This document shows, piece by piece, positions 43,258 to 51,146 of a stretch of 64,000 bases of DNA. Origin of the DNA: Planctomycetes bacterium UBA1146 (lineage in GTDB: Bacteria; Planctomycetota; UBA8108; UBA1146); contig DCAA01000006.1 of assembly GCA_002311345.1 (NCBI GenBank), forward strand, positions 14,532 to 78,531, written 5' to 3'. Position 1 is the stretch's first letter. Each line of letters starts with the position of its first letter. The translations under genes and the position numbers were made by a program. The notes under the pieces were generated by a model that worked only from the letters and a program-made list of their open reading frames with translations, did no database searches and was not told where the DNA came from.

Positions 43258-44610
43258 ATGAAACCATTTTCTCGAATACTGGTAGCCAACCGGGGAGAAA
43301 TCGCTCTACGGGTGATCCGTGCCTGTCGTGAACTGGACATCGAGACGGTCGCGGTCTACTCGGAGGCGGATCGAGATGCCGGTTACCTTGATTTCGCCGA
43401 TGAGAAGATCTGCATCGGCCCCGCTTCGAGCCTCCATTCTTATCTCGATATCTCCAAGATCATCGCGGCTGCAGAGATTTCCGATGTCGAGGCGATTCAT
43501 CCTGGTTACGGTTTCTTGTCGGAGAACCCACAATTTGCGGAAATCTGCCAGTCCTGTCGTATCCAGTTCATCGGTCCGACTGTGGATAACATCCGACAAC
43601 TCGGTGACAAGGCTCGCGCCAGAGAAGTCGCCATCCAGTCGGGGATACCGGTTGTTCCAGGCTCTACCGAAGTAGCTCCCGATGAAGAATCGGGGCTAGA
43701 GGTTGCCAAAGAGGTGGGATTCCCGGTGATGATCAAGGCGGTGGCTGGCGGAGGTGGTCGTGGAATGCGGATCGCCAGGGACGAGTCCTCGTTTTCTCAA
43801 GCATTCCATGGTGCTAGAACTGAGGCCCAGAACGCATTCAAGAATCCCGATGTCTACATCGAGAAGTTGATCGAAAAACCGCGTCATGTAGAGATCCAGG
43901 TGCTGGCAGATTCCTACGGTAGCGTGATTCATCTTGGAGAGCGTGACTGCTCCCTCCAGAGACGCCATCAGAAATTGATCGAGGAGAGTCCTTCTCCCGC
44001 TGTCGATGACCGATTACGAGTTCAGATGGGCCAGAGTGCTATCGATCTTGCAACCAGTGTCGGGTATCGAGGAGCAGGTACGGTCGAGTTCCTGCTCGAT
44101 CTGGATCTGAACTACTACTTCATCGAGATGAACACCCGAATTCAGGTCGAGCATCCGGTGACGGAACAGGTGACAGGGATCGATCTCGTTCAGGAACAGA
44201 TCAGGGTTGCCGCGGGAGCCCCACTTCGCTACCGCCAGGAAGATGTGAGGATCAATGGACATTGTATCGAGTGCCGTATCAACGCCGAAGATCCCGAAAG
44301 AGATTTCGCACCATCCCCGGGTACGATCACCGATTTCAGGCCACCCGGTGGGATGGGCGTACGATTCGATTCGCATGTTTACTGCGGGTACACCGTTCCG
44401 ACAGCCTATGACTCTCTGCTGGGAAAATTGATCGTGCATCGAGACACGCGCGAGGAAGCAATTCGTACGATGAGACGTGCGCTCGATGAGTTCGTGATCG
44501 AGGGCGTCCACACCACCGTTCCCTTTTACCGTGAGGTGCTCAGGCACTTCCATTTCGTGAATGGAAATCTGGATACCGGGTTCATCGAGGAATACCTGAT
44601 CGACGCCTGA
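43258..44610 (+). CDS. accC: Biotin carboxylase subunit of acetyl-CoA carboxylase.
   Basis: The start is taken at [38 protein letters not shown], the canonical AccC N-terminus. ATP-grasp motifs are present ([24 protein letters not shown]). Confidence 0.9.
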   Translation: MKPFSRILVANRGEIALRVIRACRELDIETVAVYSEADRDAGYLDFADEKICIGPASSLHSYLDISKIIAAAEISDVEAIHPGYGFLSENPQFAEICQSCRIQFIGPTVDNIRQLGDKARAREVAIQSGIPVVPGSTEVAPDEESGLEVAKEVGFPVMIKAVAGGGGRGMRIARDESSFSQAFHGARTEAQNAFKNPDVYIEKLIEKPRHVEIQVLADSYGSVIHLGERDCSLQRRHQKLIEESPSPAVDDRLRVQMGQSAIDLATSVGYRGAGTVEFLLDLDLNYYFIEMNTRIQVEHPVTEQVTGIDLVQEQIRVAAGAPLRYRQEDVRINGHCIECRINAEDPERDFAPSPGTITDFRPPGGMGVRFDSHVYCGYTVPTAYDSLLGKLIVHRDTREEAIRTMRRALDEFVIEGVHTTVPFYREVLRHFHFVNGNLDTGFIEEYLIDA

Positions 44611-44792
44611 TGCGGTTGGCCACGAGGGATCGAACCCTGTGGATCCCGCTGCAACCCCTGCCGTGGGGCTTGCCTCTGACCACTCTACGGTCACAATGAA
44701 GGTCTGTACGGCCAGTGCCGCAGCAGACCTCTCCGTTACCCGGTCCGTCCCAGACCAGGGGGAGGGGAATTTTCCTCGGAAGGGAATGCCGG

Positions 44793-45452
44793 ATGTTCTC
44801 CAGTCATCACTGCGTTACCGATGGGGGTCGCCCCACGGTCGTCAGGTCGAACACCACTCGTTCGGCCGGTTTTACTCTCATCGAACTGATGATCGTCGTT
44901 GCCATCATCGCAGTCCTTGCGACCCTGGTTACCAAGATGATCCAGCAGGCACAGGCGAAAGCTGCCGAAGCGGGTGCAACTACAACCATCTCGACCATCT
45001 CCTCGGCTCTGGAGGAATATAACCGTGATGAAGGTGTTTACCCCGGCTGGGAACTCAATGTGGATGATGTAGACCTGGAAGAGTTCAACGCCTTTCCGGT
45101 GCTCTATGAATCGATCGTCGGGGAACGACCTCCCAACGGCAAGGGTGGGAAGAACTCTCCCTATGTAGATCTGAGTACGGAAATGATCGTCATCGTGGAT
45201 GACGAATACGATGGCGAATACAAGCGACCCGGACGTGATGATATGTTCGATCCGGAAGTGGAAAAGTTCTATTGGGATCCCTGGAGTGAACCGTATCGCT
45301 ATCGGGAGAATAGTTCCAAGCGGAGAAAAGAGGACTGGATGATCAAGCGTTCGACCTTTGATCTCTGGTCTACCGGTCCTGATGGAGAGAACTCGGCCTG
45401 TTTCGGAATCCCCGAGGAAGGGGAAGAGTACGATGACATCGGTAACTGGTAA
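44793..45452 (+). CDS. GspG-like type II secretion pseudopilin / type IV pilin-like protein.
   Basis: Prepilin N-terminal methylation motif AGFTLIELMIVVAIIAVLA with Glu at +5, and the GspG C-terminal signature WDPWSEPYRY...FDLWSTGPDGEN. The start is placed at MFSSHH (44793); the track ORF begins at 44715. Confidence 0.7.
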   Translation: MFSSHHCVTDGGRPTVVRSNTTRSAGFTLIELMIVVAIIAVLATLVTKMIQQAQAKAAEAGATTTISTISSALEEYNRDEGVYPGWELNVDDVDLEEFNAFPVLYESIVGERPPNGKGGKNSPYVDLSTEMIVIVDDEYDGEYKRPGRDDMFDPEVEKFYWDPWSEPYRYRENSSKRRKEDWMIKRSTFDLWSTGPDGENSACFGIPEEGEEYDDIGNW

Positions 45453-46176
45453 GTCCGAATACACTGATTGGCGACCAGGAGGCTGGGTGATCCAGCGGTC
45501 CAGGGCTAGTCAGGGATTCACCATGGTGGAACTGCTCGTGACCATAGCTCTCATCGTGTTCCTGATGTCGATGCTGGCGGTCGGTGCAGGACGGTATCTG
45601 GAGAGTGCAACGAATGCCCGGACGATGGCCCTGATCCAGCGGCTCAGTTTGCTCATCGAAAAGTACCATTCGATCACCGGAGACTATCCTTCTGATGGCC
45701 TCGATGGGATCGATGTCATCACCACGGACGGAACCTTTCTGTTCGGGGGGGCTGCTCTGACTCACGCCCTGACCCAGCCGCTGGTTCTGACCCAGAAGCA
45801 GCCCAACGGGGAGATTCGTGTCATCGGAGAGGAACCCGCCATCGGAGATTTCCGTTCCGATGAATTGTCTTCACCTTCTGATGGAGACCAAGATGCCCGG
45901 CAACTGCTCGATGCCTGGGCAGAGCCGATACATTACGACAATGTATCTGGTGGTGAGGTGTCCTTCAGTGGCCAGGGTCTGGGAGATACACATCTCGATT
46001 GGGACGATGATGAACAGGTGCATTCAGAAGATCCGCGTGAAGTGGGTGAAGGCACCGATGGGATCGGTCCACAGAACACCAATGGATTCGACATCTGGAG
46101 CCATGGTTCCTCTGGTCACAGCGAAGAAGAGAGTTACGACGACCTGAACACCAACTGGCAGGGCGGTCAGCAATGA
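45433..46176 (+). CDS. GspG-like pseudopilin paralog.
   Basis: Motif QGFTMVELLVTIALIVFLMSML; C-terminal DAWAEPIHYDN...FDIWSHGSSG. The start is taken at MTSVTGK (45433), which is preceded by a purine-rich RBS. Confidence 0.65.
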   Translation: MTSVTGKSEYTDWRPGGWVIQRSRASQGFTMVELLVTIALIVFLMSMLAVGAGRYLESATNARTMALIQRLSLLIEKYHSITGDYPSDGLDGIDVITTDGTFLFGGAALTHALTQPLVLTQKQPNGEIRVIGEEPAIGDFRSDELSSPSDGDQDARQLLDAWAEPIHYDNVSGGEVSFSGQGLGDTHLDWDDDEQVHSEDPREVGEGTDGIGPQNTNGFDIWSHGSSGHSEEESYDDLNTNWQGGQQ

Positions 46177-46802
46177 TACCCCTACGCACTTCTAGACGTA
46201 TGTGGGCAGGTTTCACCCTGATTGAGATGATCGTGACCATCGGGATCATCATCGTTGCAGCAGGTTTCATCGCTCCGGCGGTGATGGCCATCTTTCAGGA
46301 TCGGCGCCTCGAAAATGCTGCAGCGACTATCATCACTACCATCAACGAGGCGAGAAGTGCTGCGGTCACCAAGAAACAACTACACTCGGTCATCTTCCTC
46401 CGGGCCGGAGTACGTCTCTATCGTCATCCCAAAGGAGAAGATCCCGGAGGATTCGTAGGTGGTATCCGTGCCATCAATGTTCCTGGTGCGGATCACCTCA
46501 GTTATGACATGCCTTGTGCCCGGTATCTCGCAGCTGACCTCGCTACACAATTGCAAAGCCAGATCGATGGAACCAATCAGGACGATTGGAGACCTTTGCC
46601 CGAGGATGTGTTCATCACCTTGCGGACCGATGGAACGATTGATTTCGGAACCAACGATGACATTCCCAGTTATCGCTTCAATAACGATCCACCTAGTGGA
46701 GGGGATCTGATTCTGCGACAGAAGGGGGATACCCGGGTCTGTTTCATCGATATCCGCCCAACCGGGCGGGTGGCGAGCAAGGTCGGGGAGGAATTCGAAT
46801 GA
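46173..46802 (+). CDS. Pseudopilin, GspH-like minor pilin.
   Basis: Motif AGFTLIEMIVTIGIIIVAAG directly after a short leader. It overlaps the upstream gene by ATGA. Confidence 0.6.
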   Translation: MIPLRTSRRMWAGFTLIEMIVTIGIIIVAAGFIAPAVMAIFQDRRLENAAATIITTINEARSAAVTKKQLHSVIFLRAGVRLYRHPKGEDPGGFVGGIRAINVPGADHLSYDMPCARYLAADLATQLQSQIDGTNQDDWRPLPEDVFITLRTDGTIDFGTNDDIPSYRFNNDPPSGGDLILRQKGDTRVCFIDIRPTGRVASKVGEEFE

Positions 46803-47665
46803 TCCGCCTACGCCACGAGAAGGGATTTACCATCCTGGAAATCCTGTTGGCGGTGGTAATCCTCACCGTCGGGCTGCTCGGACTTCTGGCGGTATTCCCG
46901 GTTGCCATGAGAGCAGGCAAGGACGCGGTCGAGAATACCAATGCAGTGATCATCTCCCAGTCAGTGGAGCAGGCGATCCGTGAGGGATTGATGGAGCATA
47001 AGGCTCAGAGCCCCGATGGTCGTTGGACCTACTTCATCTTCAATCATGACGGAGTGACTGATCCGCTTCCGGCGAGGATCGATCGGGCGCGACCCGATGC
47101 GGATTATTACATCCTGCTTCCGAGCCCAGATCCTGATCGAAAGACTTCCATGAAGCGAACCGAGTTCTGGGAGCGGGGGAAAACTTTCGTTTTTCCCGAG
47201 ACCGATGGGCTGACCTGGATCGTCAGTGACAGTGGAGTGGAGCGTGAAGTTACCGACGAATCATCGTCGAGTCCCCCGAATGGTCGAGGAAATCCGACTC
47301 GGGCCGATGACGATGCTGATGATTATTTACGCGAGATCAGAAGTCCTGATAGCGATCGAGTCCTCGACAGTTACGAAACCTACGATGTCCGCCGCGTCTA
47401 TCGATTGAGCAACAGATTTTTCGATCAAGAACTTGCGCAGGACTATAATCTAATCGATGACGATCCGATTTCTCAGTACTCATTCGCCTTCACCATCCGT
47501 CCAGCAAAACAGGATGGAAGTCTTGATCTGAAATATCCCGATGATCAGAATTTCATCCCATCTGGGGAGTTGTTCGAGATCGAAATTCTCATCTTCCGGT
47601 CCTTCAGGGAAGGAACAAAACTTGCGGATCCGTTCTACCAGTGCCAGATCCTCGTCCACAAATAG
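46799..47665 (+). CDS. Pseudopilin, GspI/J-like minor pilin.
   Basis: Motif KGFTILEILLAVVILTVGLLGL. It overlaps the upstream gene by ATGA. Confidence 0.6.
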   Translation: MIRLRHEKGFTILEILLAVVILTVGLLGLLAVFPVAMRAGKDAVENTNAVIISQSVEQAIREGLMEHKAQSPDGRWTYFIFNHDGVTDPLPARIDRARPDADYYILLPSPDPDRKTSMKRTEFWERGKTFVFPETDGLTWIVSDSGVEREVTDESSSSPPNGRGNPTRADDDADDYLREIRSPDSDRVLDSYETYDVRRVYRLSNRFFDQELAQDYNLIDDDPISQYSFAFTIRPAKQDGSLDLKYPDDQNFIPSGELFEIEILIFRSFREGTKLADPFYQCQILVHK

Positions 47666-48869
47666 ACGCATCACCTGCTCGAGAGAATCTGGCTTCACTC
47701 TGCTCGAATTGCTCGTTGCCTTGACGTTGGCTGCGATCATTTCGTTGATCATCGCCCAGGTAGGCTCCGATTCTCAGGAGATGTACGACAGTACGGTGAC
47801 GATGGTAGAAACGTATCAGAAGTTCCGTTACGCACTCGATGACATCAGCGAGAACCTGTCCAAAATGGTACCAACGGCTTCTCTCGAGTTTTATCAGGAT
47901 CAGGGACGTTCCAGGGGTTACTGGGATGAAGGTGAGGAGCTCAAGGACCAGGATGTCGGGCCAAACCTCGAAGGGGGGGTACCCGGAAAGTACGACGAAG
48001 CCGCGACACTTTTCGAGCGGAAGTACTATCTCGAGGATGCGCGACCCGATGAGCCGCAAGAACACTGGAATGACGCGATTTATTTCAAGGCGCCTGTTGA
48101 GGTGCGTGGCGTGATTCGCCTCGCGAACGTCGAGTACTTCCTGGCCGATCCGCGAAGGCTAGAAGATGGACGCAGTGACGGAAAGATCCCCGCCGATGAA
48201 GAGATGAGTTTCGACGATAGTCGGTCATTGGTTTTGATGAAGGTAGTTCGATACCTTGATCTCGATCAGGGGAACTACAACTCCACAGAGGTTCGAGTTC
48301 GCAAGGTGGTCAGTGAATTGTGTTCGCGTGTCACTGATTTACGGATCGAGTATTTCTATGACAACTACTTCGATTCGAAGCCGGGTGGATTCATGAGCCC
48401 TTCCATCGAGGTGACCCCTGAGTTGGTAGATTCAGAGGATTCTGAATTGCGTAATATTGCCGGGACCTATGCGAAGAAGTTTCTTTACGGCGGTTTCATG
48501 TCGAGGATTCGGACCAATGCCATCCGAGGTATTCGCAACGTTGAGACGGGTGCCAACATGCCCGTACAGTTCAATTACAGCGGCAGTAACAAGATCAAGT
48601 TCTCGCAATTACGTACGGGAGACAAACTGTACATCTGGTCTGACGGAGGTAGCGCTTTTCCCAATGGTGAGTTCACTCTGCTCTACAACAGTAACGGACG
48701 CCTGCTGATGCAAGAGCCGATTCCTTTCAGCACCTGGGACCAGGATCCTGGAGGGCTTCGCTTCCGCGCGCCTTTTGTTCCCCCTGCTTTCCGGATTTCG
48801 GTACGTGTCCTCAATGAAAAGGGTGCCGAACCGAGAACCTTGACGATGGTGGTTCGCACCAATGGTTGA
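47541..48869 (+). CDS. Large pseudopilin, GspJ/K-like (442 aa).
   Basis: Motif SGFTLLELLVALTLAAIISLI. The first in-frame ATG at 47541 lies inside the upstream gene, and there is no ATG/GTG/TTG closer to the pilin motif, so the true start is unclear. Confidence 0.5.
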   Translation: MIRISSHLGSCSRSKFSSSGPSGKEQNLRIRSTSARSSSTNRRITCSRESGFTLLELLVALTLAAIISLIIAQVGSDSQEMYDSTVTMVETYQKFRYALDDISENLSKMVPTASLEFYQDQGRSRGYWDEGEELKDQDVGPNLEGGVPGKYDEAATLFERKYYLEDARPDEPQEHWNDAIYFKAPVEVRGVIRLANVEYFLADPRRLEDGRSDGKIPADEEMSFDDSRSLVLMKVVRYLDLDQGNYNSTEVRVRKVVSELCSRVTDLRIEYFYDNYFDSKPGGFMSPSIEVTPELVDSEDSELRNIAGTYAKKFLYGGFMSRIRTNAIRGIRNVETGANMPVQFNYSGSNKIKFSQLRTGDKLYIWSDGGSAFPNGEFTLLYNSNGRLLMQEPIPFSTWDQDPGGLRFRAPFVPPAFRISVRVLNEKGAEPRTLTMVVRTNG

Positions 48870-48910
48870 TGGTTCCGTCGTGAGAGAACTCGGCCGTGAT
48901 CTCCGGGTCC

Positions 48911-50425
48911 TCAATCCTGTCGTTCGGTATTGAGGGCCAGCAGGAACTCCACATTAGAGGCGGTCTGCTTCAACTTTGCCTTGAGCATCTCCATCGCCTC
49001 GACCGGATTCATATCGTTGAGAACCTTGCGCAGGATCCAGAGTCGTTTGATTTCTTCTGGACTCATCAGCAATTCTTCTTTACGGGTACCTGAACGATTG
49101 ATGTCGATCGCAGGCCAGACTCGTTTGTCTGCAAGACGTCGATCAAGGTGGAGTTCCATGTTTCCGGTTCCCTTGAATTCCTCGAAGATCACCTCATCCA
49201 TGCGGGATCCGGTGTCGATCAGTGCGGTTGCAACGATCGTCAGGCTGCCACCATTCTCGATGTTCCTGGCAGCACCGAAGAAACGCTTCGGCCTTTGCAG
49301 GGCACCGGCATCCACTCCTCCGGAAAGAATTCTGCCGGAGTGGGGGGCCTCGTGGTTGTAAGCACGCCCCAGTCTTGTGATCGAATCAAGCAGGATAACC
49401 ACGTCGCGGCCATATTCGACCAGCCGCCGAGCTTTCTCGATGACCATCTCGGCGACCTGCACGTGGCGACTGGCGGGCTCGTCGAAGGTCGAAGAGATGA
49501 CTTCCCCTCGGACATTGCGTTCCATGTCGGTTACTTCTTCGGGACGTTCATCGATCAGTAGCACCATGAGGTCGACATCCGGATGGTTCGTGGCAATCGC
49601 ATTGGCGATCAGTTGCAAGATGATGGTCTTACCGGTCCTGGGCGGAGCAACGATCAGGCCACGCTGTCCTTTGCCGATGGGAGTCACCAGGTCGATGATC
49701 CTGGTCTCGATGACGTCGTTTTCCGTCTCCATTTGCAGCCGATCATCGGGATACAGCGGCGTCAGGTCATCGAAGACTACAATGTCTTGTACCTTCTCGG
49801 TGTTTTCGTAGTTGATGGCGTCGACCTGGAGCAGTGCGAAGTAGCGCTCCCCTTCCTTCGGTGGACGGACCTGGCCCTGGATCACGCAACCAGTGACCAG
49901 TCCAAATCGACGGATCTGGGAGGGTGAAACGTAGATGTCATCGGCACAAGGGTAGTAGGAGTAACGTGGAGAACGCAGGAATCCAAATCCATCGGGAAGT
50001 ACCTCGAGTACTCCTTCGCCATACATCACGCCCGCTTCCAGGGCTCGTTTCTTGAGGATGACGAAGATCAGATCCTGTTTCTTGAGCCCGGCGATCTCAT
50101 CGATTCCTTCTTCGCGAGACATCTGCTGTAACTCGGCCATCGTCATCTTGTGCATCTCGGATAGATGCAACTCGGGCAGCTTGCCCTTCACCGTCTGTGG
50201 AATCTCATCGAGATCTTCGACATCCATCGGTAGTCCTTCGAGATCGATGGGAGGAGTAGAGGTCTTTCTCTTGGTGACCTTCTTGCGGCGGGTTTGCTTC
50301 TTATCCTCGGTTCCTCTGGTGCCGCGGCGAGGATTGCGCCCCTTTTTTGTACGCGACGATCCGGACCGTGTGCCCCGGTCGAGATCACCTTCGCCCGAGG
50401 TATGGCTCGATTGACGTGGGGACAT
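48911..50425 (-). CDS. rho: Transcription termination factor Rho with an ~80-aa Arg/Lys-rich N-terminal extension.
   Basis: RecA-like ATPase core ([61 protein letters not shown]) and the N-terminal RNA-binding domain. Confidence 0.9.
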   Translation of the reverse strand: MSPRQSSHTSGEGDLDRGTRSGSSRTKKGRNPRRGTRGTEDKKQTRRKKVTKRKTSTPPIDLEGLPMDVEDLDEIPQTVKGKLPELHLSEMHKMTMAELQQMSREEGIDEIAGLKKQDLIFVILKKRALEAGVMYGEGVLEVLPDGFGFLRSPRYSYYPCADDIYVSPSQIRRFGLVTGCVIQGQVRPPKEGERYFALLQVDAINYENTEKVQDIVVFDDLTPLYPDDRLQMETENDVIETRIIDLVTPIGKGQRGLIVAPPRTGKTIILQLIANAIATNHPDVDLMVLLIDERPEEVTDMERNVRGEVISSTFDEPASRHVQVAEMVIEKARRLVEYGRDVVILLDSITRLGRAYNHEAPHSGRILSGGVDAGALQRPKRFFGAARNIENGGSLTIVATALIDTGSRMDEVIFEEFKGTGNMELHLDRRLADKRVWPAIDINRSGTRKEELLMSPEEIKRLWILRKVLNDMNPVEAMEMLKAKLKQTASNVEFLLALNTERQD

Positions 50426-50444
50426 CAGAGATTCACCTCAATTT

Positions 50445-51146
50445 TCACTCCGGCTCTCCTTCGCCGTGGCCCATCCACTGCTTCAGGAAACTCCGGCACT
50501 GTTGCTTGATCTCTTCGTCGGAAGTCTCGTTCCGATTGGAGATCACACCATCTGCGGTTTCTTTCTTCTCGGAGAGTGGCACCTGTGCCGACTCCCTGAG
50601 GGCTCTTTCCCCCGGTTTCCAGCCCCGATGTTGCTGGAGACGCTGCTCACGATCTTCTTCTGGAGCCTCGATGAAGAGCACCCGGTCGACCAGTTTCCGG
50701 TAGGGAGAACTTTCGAGGAGGGGGATATCCAGGAGGATCAATGGCCGCCCACTAGGGAGCGGACTGCCCCTATCGGACCCCATCTCGGCCACTTTGGCAA
50801 GAGCAACATCGATCCGTTTCCGCACCCTCGGGTGGACGATTTTCTCCAGCGCAGCAAGGGCTTGCTGGTCGCAGAAGACCAACTTGGAGATCGCATCACG
50901 ATTTAGGCTCCCATCGGCAGATTTCATCTGGTCGCCGAGCGCCTGCTCGATTTCGGAGATCACCTCGGGTTGCTCGAGTATTTCGTGGGCCATCTGATCG
51001 GCATCGATGACGTGGGCTCCGAGAGAATCGAAGATTTTTGCCACCGTGCTCTTGCCCGATCCGATCCCCCCGGTGATGGCGATGATCCACGGGTCGGTCG
51101 TGTCGCCAACTGGGTCGTGGTTTTCACACATTTCACTTGGAGGCAT
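50445..51146 (-). CDS. coaE: Dephospho-CoA kinase.
   Basis: P-loop IIAITGGIGSGKSTVAKIF and family-typical length. The start may be the internal MCENHD Met, which would remove the 14-nt overlap with polA. Confidence 0.8.
   Translation of the reverse strand: MPPSEMCENHDPVGDTTDPWIIAITGGIGSGKSTVAKIFDSLGAHVIDADQMAHEILEQPEVISEIEQALGDQMKSADGSLNRDAISKLVFCDQQALAALEKIVHPRVRKRIDVALAKVAEMGSDRGSPLPSGRPLILLDIPLLESSPYRKLVDRVLFIEAPEEDREQRLQQHRGWKPGERALRESAQVPLSEKKETADGVISNRNETSDEEIKQQCRSFLKQWMGHGEGEPE

Noticed and set aside
44014-45464. Minus-strand ORFs 44014-44694 (226 aa) and 44736-45464 (242 aa) opposite accC and the first pseudopilin.
   Set aside because: accC and the GspG-like motifs on the plus strand are highly conserved. 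The antisense ORFs have no RBS or motif, and the first crosses the accC stop into the intergenic spacer.
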